Positions 1-12,435 of a stretch of DNA of 64,000 bases are shown piece after piece. The position numbers and the translations under genes are program-made. The first letter of the stretch is position 1. Each line of letters opens with the position of its first letter. A model generated the notes under the pieces. It was given only the letters and a program-made list of their open reading frames with translations, did no database searches and was not told the origin of the DNA. The stretch covers positions 5,879,220 through 5,943,219 of the forward strand of contig MU054323.1 of NCBI GenBank assembly GCA_013239625.1, in the 5' to 3' direction. This DNA is from Lama guanicoe (Eukaryota).

Positions 1-365
1 ATATAATTAAGTTTCAATTATGTTTTAAATGTATGTTGGTTTCAGAATCAAAATGTCATGTTTTATTTGTCAACAAATCAGTCTTCCCTTGCACAACTAA
101 TTTAAAAGAAATGAAATGTTGTGTGCAACTTGTTAAATGGAAAAATGCTGAAATGTGTCCTTATATATTATGAACGTTATTAAAAATTATCTTTTAATGC
201 TCACTTAATATAATCTTTCAATAATGTACTCATATAAAATATTTAACTAAAAATCTTTTTTTACCGTAAGCCATGCAAAAGTGATAAAATGATATGAGGG
301 GGTTCGTGAAATTATAGATTATCGTGAACAGAGTTCATTAGTCAAAACCGGGATTGGAAATGCTG
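1..365. mobile_element. Possible hAT-Charlie DNA transposon remnant (terminal part)
   Basis: AT-rich block ending in ...ttggaaatgctg followed by atctagag, resembling a Charlie-type terminus plus NTCTAGAN target site; subfamily not identified. Confidence 0.3.
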
Positions 366-3300
366 ATCTAGAGACACAAAACCCAGGAAGTCACAGTCCT
401 GAGCAGGAAGGAGGGAAGAGAGGCGAGCTATGGTGGTGAAGATGGAGAGGGACCAGCCCCGCCTGGAACGGAGCGTGCTGCTTCTGCTTGGGCTCAAATA
501 CCCTTCTCACCTCTCACCAGCCAGAGACCATCCCCACAGCAAATGCCAAAAGCTAGTCAGAGATGAGGGCACTGATCTTTGTTACCTTTACCTCTTGTTT
601 CCTGAAACTAAGTCACGATGAAAAGTACATCCTTCGCGGATGGAAACCCCAGGTTCTCAGTAGGACCCAACCCTGTTCCTGCGGCCGCCGATGAAGCGTA
701 CATCTCCCCAAACGTCAGTTGTGGAAGGTGCATCCCGAGGCTAATCCTTAGCTAAGCTGCTTTGCCGGCCTGCCTTAGATTAGACTGGGTGGATGGGGTG
801 CAGATGACAGCATTTCCGAGAACTGGCTGTCACATGACTTGGCAAGAGGCTACCAGGAAGGGAGAATTTCATCCCTTGCACCATTTGTGAGAGCTGGAAG
901 GACCACAGGGTGCAGGTCATCCAGGCCAGTTCTCTTTCTGTAGAGGGGACACATCGAAGCCCAGGGATGGGAGGAGGCTTGCACACAGGTGGCCCATGAT
1001 GCCAGGAAATCTTCAAGAGTGGTCTAGTTCACACGTATGTGCCATTTAAAAGGTACTAATCACAGGACGATTGCATCGTTGCTGCACCCTGGGAGATGGC
1101 CTCAGGGTCCTGGGGAAAGGCTCTCACACAGAGCACAGGCTCCAGGAGACAGCGTCGATGGGGGAGAAGGCTTATGTTTGGGGCAGATTACGTTAAGCAA
1201 CAGCAGAGACCGTCTGCTGTGGTCGGGGCTCTGTGAGTATTTTGTGACCCATCCTGCGGGAACATTTATTTGTATCTATTCCAGTTGGTTGACCTGCCAC
1301 AGCCCATCTTCGGATGTATCCATCCAAGGTGCTATTATTTATAGAATCATTGACTCACAAGCTCCCCAAGGGCTCCCCTGCCAAGTGACTTCCCAGCCAC
1401 TGCCGGTCTCCCCCGAGGGCAGACGTGCGCTGTCCGGCAGCCGTCCATTCCTCCAGGCGCAGCCTGGCGGGGGGAGGGCCCTGCTGGACTAGCCCTTTCC
1501 CTCTGGCTCCTGTTCCTTCTGCCCCTTGGGGTCACCCAGAGTGCACCTGGCCCGCCTGCCACAGGACATGTACAGATGATGACCGGACCTTCCCCGTGGC
1601 CACAGATAAATGCCAAGGCAACAATAACGTCTCGGTCCCCTGCTCTTCACACAAGATGTTTCACATCCTCTTAGCATCTCAGTCACGCTTCTCTGAATGG
1701 GCTGCAGTTTGTCCACATCCCGTGGAAACCACGGCCCAAGAACTAAATGCAGCGCTTGGAGCGCTGACCAGGCAGCAAAGGACAGAGTTGCCAGCTCTTT
1801 GTGCCAAGATCTCATTGAGCAGCTGGGCCTGGTTACAGCTGACAGCTCTTCTGGAAGCTTCCATGTTCTAGTGGGGGCCATGCAGTTTGGCATGTGGGTG
1901 AAGCGTGCATCAGGGGCAGTGGAATTTCACCTCTGAAAGGACCACATGTGTTGTTCAGAAAGAACATTTCTTTCTAAGGCCTTTTTCTGTTCCCCAGAAA
2001 AGTCCTGTCACTCTTTCACAGAGTGACACGGACTTCAGACCTTCAGTGATTTACTTAATGATCCCAGGCCTCTTGATCTGGCTTTTCACGGGCCTGGAGA
2101 CCACCAGAGGCACCTCGGATGTCCCTGTTCTCGTTCCTGAGGACCTAATTGGAGCTCAGGGTCCCCTGAAATTCCACCAGAAAGCGCCAGCTAATTACAC
2201 AGCAGGGTAATCGTGCAAGAGCCTCTTCTAAGAAGGACAGTATGTCCTGTTGATCATCCAAGGCTGAATATTTTTGCAGCGTTCTATATTTACACCAAAA
2301 TGGAGATGAACGTCACAATATGGCATTATCCCAGGAAATGAATGAATCTGTCAAAAATCACTCTTTACTGAATGACTTCTTTAACCCAAGTTGCCAGCAA
2401 AGTCTATCGCAGTGGGGAGTCATGCTCTGAATGATGTATCCTGATGAAAAATTGATATTGGTGGCAATGACATTTTTAAAGATTCTATGTGTTAACAGTA
2501 ACTTTGAGTTCTGTGGGAGGCGCCGAGGGTGGCGTGTTCTGCGTGCCCACACACGTGTTTATTAGTTTGTAATCTTCAGCCGTGGCACTCCACCATCACA
2601 GCAAAATTGCAACCCTTCAGCGCCTGGGGACATTCATGTTAAAGTGGCTTTGAGGAGAGATGGCTCATGTGGTCAGGCATTTTGGTGTCACACTCAATTG
2701 GCTAACCATAGTCATTTTGGGTTGTATTATTGACTAATTTGGATAATTCACCTACTGGGAAGTATTTAAAGACAAAAATGTAAAATCCCGTTGGTTCATG
2801 AGCGAGGTCCTTGATGTCAGTTCTGTGACATATTTTTAAACACTGGAAGCTGTTCTGAAGGACTATCGAGGCATGTTGTGGTTAAGCAAAGCAGTATCAG
2901 GATCCCATCAGCTGTCTGTCAGCCCGTCTTCCTGTGCTCCTGGAGGTTCCCATCCGGGCAGCTATTTCATACCTGGGCAGCTCCAGTTTAATGGAGAAGG
3001 CCATTAACAAGCGTGCTGGAGTGTGTCCCTGTCTGGAGCCTGGATGAGCCATCAGCAGGCTCACAAGCTCGTTTCTTGATTGGTGTGAAAATATGTCACC
3101 CCTGATAGTGTTGCAGGCTGTCGCCGCTGATGGATTAATGACAGAGCCCCTGCTGCACGGCCTCAGTCACAACAAGCCACGCAGATGGAACAGAGTTTGG
3201 AGCCACGTCTGCAGGAGGCCTTGGAATGCCATGTGCGGCAGCTACTAGGAGTATGCAAGGGTGGAAGTGGAGGGGGGCAGAGTCACTCTGGGACATGTTG

Positions 3301-3989
3301 CTGTGTCTCTCTGTCCCCTGCCTGTGAGGTTTGAGAGTTTGAGGCCCACATTCCCCTAGAAATATTTTTGAGGCGCTTAGGTTCTGACATGGGCACAGGA
3401 TTTTACTAGTTTTCCCCAAATCACATCCCTCCTTCCTTGTGTCCCATAATCACTTTAACCTGCCTTACATTATGAAGGGTCTGTGTCTCGTCTCTTACCT
3501 ACGTGCACAAATAATGACCATGCACCCCTTTGTGCAGCCAGCACCACCAGGGTGCATCTGGGTTATAGTATCTTGGGACCAAGAAAGGCGACCCATTCTG
3601 CCCCAGGCACCCACACACATCACCTTATGTTACCCGGGCTGACTTGGGTTGATACGCAGTGTAAGTGGCCGAAACGAGTCAAACAGGAATGAACGTATGG
3701 CTGAGCTGAGAGGAAAGGCCATGTTCTCATCCCCAAACCACAGGGTCTAATCGCAGCTCAGCACACCCTGAGATTTCACAAGATTTCACAAGAAGCAGGG
3801 AGTGATCTGAGGGCATTAGCTCCCCCAACAGGACGTGCAGGGCGTCCAAATACTTCTCTGGTATTCACTTTGCAAATGCCCCACTCTTTCCCATTAAGGT
3901 ACCTCTCTGGACAATCCATGGAAAGTTCTGCTCTTCCTCTCTCAGCCCAGGCTGGAGCAAGACTGGGCTCTGGGCTCTCTTCTTGACTG

Positions 3990-4110
3990 CTGCTAACTCA
4001 GAGTATAACCTTGGCTGAGCATATGCCTTCTCCTCTCTGGGCCTCAGCTTCTCCGTATGCATGAGGAGACGGCTAGAACGAAAGACTAATAACTCTTTGA
4101 GTTATGATTG
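3990..4110 (+). mobile_element. MIR SINE fragment
   Basis: ctctctgggcctcagcttctccgtatgcatgagg resembles the MIR core gcctcagtttcctcatctgtaaaatggg. Confidence 0.55.
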
Positions 4111-4569
4111 TGAACATTCACCTCTTACCAAGACAAGCCTGCACCTAGACACATGTACACACATACATGCGTGCACACAGACACACGTACAGACGTGCCC
4201 GGCTGGGTCCCGATCCCTCACTGTTATCAAGGTCCATCCTCTCCATGTGAGTCCCTTTGGTGCAGTGCAGGGAGCGGTGGTTGCTGGCGTTGGGGGCTGG
4301 GCAGCCACACCTCCTGGGAGAGGCCACTGCCGAGTGCTCCTTGCCATGTAAACCATCATTCAGCCCTGAAGGACAGAGCAGCGCTCCCATGGTGGGTTCT
4401 CACTGTGCTATATAAATGTTTCTTTTGCTGCGTAACTAACGAAGCTGCTCTACCAAAAGTTTAGAAACTAGAGACGAGGGGAAGAGAAGTCACCTAGAAC
4501 AATGCAGCCCCAATGGCTGCCCCTGTCATTTTGCAAATTTCCTTCTGGTGACTTTTCAAATATGTACTT

Positions 4570-4780
4570 AAAATCTTTTCATGCTTGGCACTGTGCGAGG
4601 CACTTTGCACACATTAATTACTTGAATCTTCACAACTTTTCCTGGATAGGAATTAACGGACCCCATTCTATGGCAGAGAAGACTGTCTCCAGGTTGAGCA
4701 AGTTTCTGAGGATATTCAGCTGCTAAGGGCTGGGATTCAAACCCCTGCTTTGTGACCCCAGAACTTTTCCTCCTTCCATT
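4570..4780 (-). mobile_element. MIR SINE
   Basis: ggcactgtgcgaggcactttgcacacattaattacttgaatcttcacaac...ctgggattcaaaccc matches antisense MIR. Confidence 0.7.
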
Positions 4781-4784
4781 AGCA

Positions 4785-4966
4785 CAGTGGTTCCCAAGTG
4801 TCACCTGTAGGAAGATCAGCTGGAAGGCCTGTTAGGACACAGATTGCTCGGCCCATCTCCAAAGGTTTCTGATTCAGTAGGTCCCAGCCCGAGGTTCTGC
4901 ATTTGTAGCAAACTCCCACGTGACGCTGAGGCTGCTGCCCTGGGAGCCATACTTTGAGAACCACTG
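4785..4966. mobile_element. MER5A-like hAT-Charlie MITE
   Basis: Terminal inverted repeats cagtggttccca...tgagaaccactg, 182 bp, internal tttctgattcagtaggt typical of MER5A. Confidence 0.85.
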
Positions 4967-5499
4967 TCCTGGTCTCTGCTGCTTCCCTGTGCAGACCTGC
5001 TTCCAGGTCCTGATTTCCCTGTTCATTCCGAAGCATCCCCCTCTGTTGCTGTTTAGCTTCACAAACATCACTTTCAGCAGCTATGTGGTATGATGCATGT
5101 TCTTTAAAAGAAATTTATTGATTAGTTGATGCTCTGGAATTCATAAACCGTGTCTTCAGCTAAGAGCCCAGGAAAAACCATCCACAGTTATATTCCTCCC
5201 TGAGAAGGGCTCTCTGGGCCCTCTAGCTGATCCTAAAGTGACAGTATGTTGGATCATTACATCATTGCCCAATACCATTTCCAGTTACCTACATCTGTCC
5301 CATTCTTCAAGGCACAATTCAGCTTTCATCTCCACCAGGAAGCCCACCGTACCTGCACCAGCCCTTTGGGATCTCTTCCTTGCTGAGTCCAGTTACATGG
5401 GTATTACTGTAGTTGAAGGCCTCATTTATAGCCTGGGAATGAGTTCTGTCTCTTCTAGAGAGTGATCTTGATAGCCCAGAGCCCAGTCTGTCAGTCCTG

Positions 5500-5595
5500 C
5501 AAGGGCCTTGGAAGACCTTTGGTCCAGTCTCCCAGTGTATAGATGATGAAACTGAGGCCCAGAGGTGAAGAGAACTGTCCCAGCTCACACAGAGC
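5500..5595 (-). mobile_element. MIR SINE fragment
   Basis: agatgatgaaactgaggcccagaggtgaagagaactgtcccagctcacacag is an antisense MIR core. Confidence 0.7.
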
Positions 5596-6299
5596 TCTGT
5601 CCCTACAAACTGTTTTGAATCAATTCATGACAACAGAGATTGTTTTTTGACCTTATTTCTGATATGCATTTACTGTTTAAAGTGACTTCCCAGATATCCC
5701 TACACTGAGAGCATACAGACTTGAGACAGACGGGGTGTAGTGCCTCTCCTCCTCCCCGCCCTGCTGTGCAGCCTGGGGACCACCTCTGGAGCCACAGCCA
5801 CTGTCTCGCCAGGGGCCCTCTCATGCCTGTATGGGTAGCCACTGGAGAAGGCGCTTGGATCCCGGATCCTATTCCAAAGGTGTACAAGGGGCCCCTGGGA
5901 GCCAGGGCACCCTCCGCTCTTCTGACGCTCCAGGGGTGGGAGCTGAGTTCACAGGGGCCCCCAGCTTGCAGATGGGTCCTTCCTCTAGAAGCATGACCTG
6001 TGTGCAGAGCTCAGGATGGAGTGAATAATGTGGAAGGAAGCCACAGCTGGTCTTTCTCTGTGGGAAGGAAATATGCCTGGAGGCTTATGTTTTTATTATC
6101 TAACAAGTGTATTTTCTCTGAAGCAGGCTCAAAATGGGGCAAGAATAATTATTCCCTGCAGCCCCACCTCCGCCTTCTCCTCCCAGGGGACTGTGTGACA
6201 GCCTCTTGGCTGGCCCCGCTCCCCCCGGCCCCTCCACCTGCAGCTACTCCTCAGTGGCTGCCATGAATATGGATGGCGGATTCTACATTTCCAATTTGC

Positions 6300-6800
6300 C
6301 CTTATTTTTTTTCTTATTACAAAAGCAATATACATTCATTATTTAAAAATCAGAAAATATGAACCAAAAAGAAATGAATGAAAATACCTCATAATATCAC
6401 CCATGCCAAAGATAACCAGAAAAAAATGATGACTCTCAGTTTCAGATCATACTTCCTTTCTCTTTCCTTATTCTCTATTTCATTTAAGGTTTTTATGTAC
6501 CTATAAACATGCTATTGGGTGTTATAGGGCTTTTCTTTAAACCATAAATAAATTCATGCTTATGTATGTTGTAACATGCTTTCTTCACTTAGAGAATCTT
6601 GGGTACCTTTGCATGTCAGTGCTTGAAGATCTGATTCATCCTTGTTAAAATAGCGTTCAATAATTAATAACACTGAAGCATTGATTGACACAGTCCTCTT
6701 GTGTTGGCTGTTTAAATTATTTTCAAACTTTGCCCTCTGAACAATACACACATCGTTGTGTACTGGCCAGTTACCTCCAGTTAGTTCACTGGGTATGTTT
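6300..6800 (-). mobile_element. Old L1 (L1M-type) 3' region
   Basis: ttttcttattacaaaagcaatatacattcattatttaaaaatcagaaaat... typical of an antisense L1ME/L1MD 3' end. Confidence 0.6.
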
Positions 6801-6811
6801 AAATGGTGTAG

Positions 6812-7500
6812 TTTATTCATTCAAGCAGCCATTTACCAAGCTCCCACTATGTGCCAGCCCTTGTATCACATACTAGGGCTGCAACAGTGCACCAGACAAC
6901 AAGATCCCCTATCCTAGCACTTCTAGAAAGGGGGCATGGTTCATAAACAAGAAACAAGTAAATTTTAAAAATCACTGCAGATTGTGAGAAGTGCTACGTG
7001 AAATCAACTGTGTGATGTGATGGAGTGATTGAGGGAGAAGGTAGGGGGGCTGGTGTGAATGTGGGAGGTCGGAGGGGGCTTCTCCGAGGAGGCGTATGAC
7101 CCAAAACCTGCAAGAGAAGGGCTGAGCATGATGAACAGAGACTGAGGCAGAAGGGGCTAGTGTGGCGGAGGAAGGAGGAGGCAGAGCAGAGGGAGCAGGG
7201 GACCACTGGCCAAAGAAAAGGCTGGAGAAGTCACGGGACCCAGCCGTGACTTGGGACCCAGAGGCCGTGGTCAGTATGTAGATTTCCTTCTGGGAACAGC
7301 GTGGTGTGTCAGGGGCAGGGGGATGAAGAGACAGCAAAGGACAAGATTTATTTTGGAGTTGGAACCTACAGGACATGGTGATGAGGCTGGGGAGGAGGAA
7401 CAGGAAGAGAGAGGAATCAGAGGAGATGTCTGGATTCATCCACGAGGAGCCTGGTGCTGCCTTCTCGCTGATTTCCAGAGTGGGCGCCCTGAGAAGGCCA
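6812..7500 (-). mobile_element. L2 LINE 3' fragment
   Basis: Begins ttattcattcaagcagccatttaccaagctcccactatgtgccag (antisense L2 tail), followed by purine-rich L2 body. Confidence 0.75.
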
Positions 7501-8779
7501 GTTTGCTGGGCAGGGTTGTAGAGCATCCTCGAGTCCACCAGCAGGATGGACGTCTACACCAGGCCTGAGTCTCCACCAGTAGAAGGGTTAGCTGTGGCAA
7601 CAAAAGCTACAAGGCGTGTACTGAAATATCTTACAGAGTCACCAGGGCACCTGAATTATGGTTGCTAGAGACCGATGAGGCCGTTGCCCAGATCCTGTCA
7701 TTCTAAGGCTTGGCTGCACGATTCTCCCCAGGAAGGAGTCGGGGGTTACGTGGGGGCCACAGGCTCACATGTCGCCTTGCTGTGCTGTTCAGGTGCCCTG
7801 GCACCTGTGGGATCTGGGACTGGGACTAAACCGCATCCCCTGCGGTAGCTGGGATGAAGACACTGGTAGGAGACACATCACATAGGCGAACAGATCCCCA
7901 ACCAGATTTTACAGAGTAGCCATGATATCTTTTTAAAAGATGAATAATGGAACCTTTAAAATGCAGTAAGTTTTCTCCCTCTTTGAGGGTGTGTATGTGT
8001 GTAGTGGGGTGTGCGAGTGTGTGGTCTTTTAAAAGAGCCAGGCCCGTGGGGCATGGTCCAAAGCCAGGAACCCTGTGCTTTGACAAAGCACTGATCCGTG
8101 GTTTTGTTTTCTCTGTGGGAGAGAAAGGCCTTGCCCAAGCCCCCCATCGGGTGAAGGCACTAGTCAAGAATGCAATCCTAATTAAAACTTTAGGCAGTCA
8201 ATAAATTACAGTTCCAGAGTGGACTGAAGTTCTCCTGATTTCATGCTCAGGCCTTTTAGAAAGGAAAGAAGAAAGAAAGAAATGGAGAGCTTAAGATTCC
8301 TTGCCCCGGGCTATTTCTGGTGAACCAGTTACTGGGGTTTTATATGCATTTTCACAAAGGGACAAATATGTGGGGCAGATGAAGTGGCTTTGCAGGGGGC
8401 TGGGTTTTGACATGCTGTAAATGGCGGTCTGTAATGGGGCGAGACTGGCTGCACTGAGCCATTACCATGATTAAATCCTCATCTTCCTGGGGGCCCATGG
8501 GCTAGGGGTCCAGCTGTGTGCGGAACACAAGCATCCTGCCATCGTGTGGTCTGGGCAGCCTGTGCCTGTCAAGGCCTGGGGTGGGCGGGGGGAGTGACTT
8601 GTCCGTGGTTATGGGCTGTCTTCCCACCTGCCTGAGGGAGGATCTGGGAAGCAGGGAGCAGGGCTGGGCTGGGGCTGGCTGAGGACACTGATGGTATTGC
8701 CATAAATAAGACTTCACAGAGCTGATGGAAAACGCCATCCTGTGGCGTGGGGTCCTGGGGGCTAGCATGAGGCAGAAAC

Positions 8780-9200
8780 TGGGTGTGAGGAAGGATTGAG
8801 GAGGATATGATTAATTCACGGGAGGAGACACCCTAAAAGGGGCAGCCTTTGAGTGTGGCCTGTGGAACAGGGCGTCGGGGAAGCAGTGAGGTATGTGTTT
8901 GGGGTTGCAGGATCCGCAGGACCAAAGGCAGAGAGGCATGAAAATGCATGGTGAGCATCGAAGGCACATAGTGGCACGCTGGGAGATGACACTGGGGACT
9001 GGGTCAGGTTCTGAATGCTCCTGAAGGCCATCCCGAGGTCTGTCTCCTTCTGTGCATGTGAGTGATGGCATCACATTAGGAAGGTGGGTCTGCCGAGTGG
9101 AGGCAGAAGCTAGGCTGGATCGGAGAAGAGTTTCCGGCTGTTAGGAGCCAGAGCATCCAGGTGGCTGTGACAGTCCTGAACAGGACAGTGCTGATGGCCT
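8780..9200 (-). mobile_element. Degraded L2 fragment
   Basis: Purine-rich motifs (caaaggcagagaggcatgaaaatgcatgg; gctgttaggagccagagcatccaggtgg) similar to antisense L2. Confidence 0.45.
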
Positions 9201-11197
9201 CAGCGTGGAATCTGCAGGCCTGGGGCATCAGTGTGGGTGACGCAGGAAACAAGTCAACCTCAACTCCCAAGTTTGGGAAATGAGCTGCTGCTGCACGTAA
9301 ATCAATTTTCTACTCCACTAAGTTTCTTCAGTTAAGCGCCCAAACTTAAATTAGCTCCTTTTGGAAGAAGGCTTCCTAAACAGTGACCGCTGAGCATCGC
9401 CCTCTGCCTTTTTTAAGCAGAGGAAGTAGAACATAATGTAACCACAGTCTGATGTGACTGTTGCTATGAGTAGTCGTAACTGCTCGTTCTCATGGGCCTC
9501 GAGGCCAGTCGAGGTGTTTGGGACCCCTTCCTTGCCCCAGCACAGGACAGCTCCAGGCTGTTACATCTAGCTACTTCTGGATTATCTCTTAAAAAGAAAA
9601 AATAAAGGCTATTGTTTCCTCCCCATTCTTTCTTCCCTTCTTTGCTATCATTCTCAGTTGAACAGCTTTTGGAACCCTGGCACTCCTGCTAATTCTGATC
9701 TGCCCCAAGTGTTTCAAACCTCCAGCTCTTCTTAAAGTGAAGTATATGGCCGTTTGGATGGCCGTTTCCCTTGTTGATACTTCCACCTCCATAGCTTTAC
9801 TGCGGATGACAGAGCCAAGCACACAGGGATGTCCTCGTACTCCTTTGGTATTATTCCCGCGGTGCCTGGCCCTCTGCTGAGCACATTGTCTGGACTCAGT
9901 AAACACCTCGAGATTTAAGAGAGGTAGATAGGCTTCTATCATTTTTCCCTCATCCAAGGAGTTTACCTTTCAGTCCCCTGTCGGCTGGTGTAACGAAGCC
10001 ACGTTGCAGAGCCAATTTCCCCTCCCTTCTATGTGGTGTAAGTTGTTTGGCGATTGCCCACGGCCCTGTGGAACCTGCGCCTCCAGAGCAGAGTCACTCT
10101 GCCTTCCGCATTGTGGGTTTCGGCACCGAGTGCCGCGTGGAGACAAGCAGATGAGTCACAGGTGTGGATGTGCCGGGCGGCTCTTGTTCGCGGGACAAAG
10201 CCGCAGGTGTGCCTTCTGCGCTGGGAAGCAGGAAGAGGGGGCCTTGACGATTCGCAGGGTCTCGGGTCAAGTTCGTTCCGTGTAGACTTGAAAATGCTTT
10301 GGAGACGCGGCCAGGCTTCTGCAGCTGTGGAGAAAATGAGAATGATTTCTGCTATTTGCTGTCAGGGCCACCGTTTAGGCCCATGTCTTGCTAGGTCAAC
10401 GTGTTCACACCCAGAGCTATAAATTAAAAAGAAAAAACTCCTTAGACTTTGGTGCCATCTCTTTGACAAGAAGCTGAGTCTGTTTATTCTCTTGCAGTTG
10501 CTAGGAGCATTGCAGACCAGAAGGGGATGGAGGATGAATGATTTTAAGCATATTTTCCAAGAGGAAAAAAATTGCAAACACAAATCCCCACAGTCCAGAG
10601 AGTAACTGGTTTCCACCTCGTAAAGCTCATCGCAAGATCAAGACTCTGAAAATCAATCCCCCGCGCTATGGTTTAGCTGGGTCGCTGGCTTGATCGAAAG
10701 CCCTAGTTCAGTGGGATGTGTGGGCAAGGTGTGGTAAGGAGGCCAAGTCTATGCAAACCAGCATTGAATCAGTTACTTAAAACAACAGACTTGGGTGACA
10801 CGAACAATTATCCTGACTAGCGCATCTGGGAGCAGCAGTTTATCTCAGAATCTCATTTAATGCCATGAGACTGAGGTTGGTTTCTTGATACAGCAGATTG
10901 CAATTGCAAAACTCCTGCAGAATTCTGGTATTCTGAACCTCCTTCATCTGAACATAGTCCTTAATGATTTAATCCCACTGTTGGATGAGTTGGGGGCATC
11001 CCTTTTGCTAGAGAGACTTGAAAGAAATCATTGTCATTTATATGGATGACATGGTTTTGTTTTCACAGATCCAGAAAGGGCCTAACAGAGCACAGGCTCT
11101 GTTGTCCAATTATTATCCTAAAGACGGCTGCTGAATAATTATTATAAACCCAAAGTCAACACTTCTGGGTCGTTCTCCAGCATTTCACTGACTTATC

Positions 11198-12222
11198 CTG
11201 TCTCAGTTCATATATTGCTGGGCAAAAATCCACCCCCAGATTTAGCATAAAAGAACAGCAGTCATTTATTTGCCCAGGATCCTGCAGTTCAGCAGGGCTC
11301 AGCCAGGTGAGTTCATCTCTGCTCTTCACGATGGCCACTGGGGTGCCTGGACTGAGGCTGGAAGGTGCGTTTCCAAGACGGCTCATGGATCTGGCTGTTG
11401 GAATGGAGCTCAGCTGGGGCTGTCGATCAGTGCCTCAGCTGTGGTCTCCCCATGTGGCTGGGATGGGTTTTTCACAGCATGGTGGTTGGGTTCTGAGAGG
11501 ACGTACCTTGAGTAAAAGTTCCCAGAGCACAAGCCCCACAGTGCAAGCACTTTTCAAGCTTCTGCTTCTATCATGCTTGCTCATATCTGATTGGCTGAAA
11601 CTAGTCACATGGTACAGCAGGCAGCACAATGACCACCCCTCCACCTCCCGCCAAGATGTCCAGATTCTAATCCCCGAAAACTGAATGTTATTGTTACATG
11701 GCAATTGGGATTTCATAGATGTGATTAAGTTAAGGATCTTGAGATGGAGAGGTTACCCTGGATTATATGGGTATCTCAGTGTAATCACAAGGGTCCTTAT
11801 AAATGAAAGAGGGACACAGGAGAGTCAGTGTCAGAGAAAAAGGTATGAGGACAGAAGCAGAGTTTGAAGTAACACAGAGGTCGGCTTTGAAGATGTAGGA
11901 AGTGGCCACGAACAAAAGAATGCAGGCAGCCTCTCAAAGCTGGAAAGGTAAGGAGATGGGTTCTTACCTAGAGCCTCCAGAAGCCCCTGCTGATACCTTG
12001 CTGTTAGCCCAGTGAGACTCATTTCAGACTTCTGATTCCCAGAAACCATAAAGTAATAAATTTGTGTTTTTTTAAGCCACTGAGTTTGTGGTCATTTGTT
12101 ACAATGGCAATAGGAAACTAACGCACATGGCCATGCCCAGAATCAGTGTGGGAGAGATGTTCACAGAGTGAATATGGGAGCTTTAGTTCACTTGGGGGTT
12201 CACCATGGTAACCGACTACCCT
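11198..12222 (-). mobile_element. Old MLT1 (ERVL-MaLR) solo LTR, split by a nested MLT1D
   Basis: MLT1H/J-like motifs (gattggctgaaactagtcacatgg | ccatgcccagaatcagtgtgggag) continue on both sides of the 11613-12125 insert. Confidence 0.7.
11613..12125 (+). mobile_element. MLT1D-like solo LTR, full length
   Basis: gatgtgattaagttaaggatcttgagatgg...aataaatttgtgttttttaagccactgagtttgtggtcatttgttac; 513 bp; perfect 5-bp TSD CATGG at 11608-11612 and 12126-12130. Confidence 0.9.
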
Positions 12223-12435
12223 CCCAATCAGGATATGTTTTACAAACCAGTATATCATGGGGTTTTCATCAGGAAGTTATCTTGCTCAAAGTTAAATATT
12301 TTGTGGGTGCCTTATAAATCACTTTTCCTGGTCAAGATGGACATTTAGTTATCTATGCTCTATAGTTATTTCAAACTAAAATTGTTACCACCATGCTGAA
12401 TCTGATGCCACTTTAGGTTAGAATCAATCTAATAT

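Noticed and set aside
3771..3793. agatttcaca x2, and similar short repeats (cttgacactagg x2 at 46763-46791; ctggc repeats at 46203-46226)
   Set aside because: Ordinary slippage-scale duplications with no spacer-array structure; not CRISPR-like
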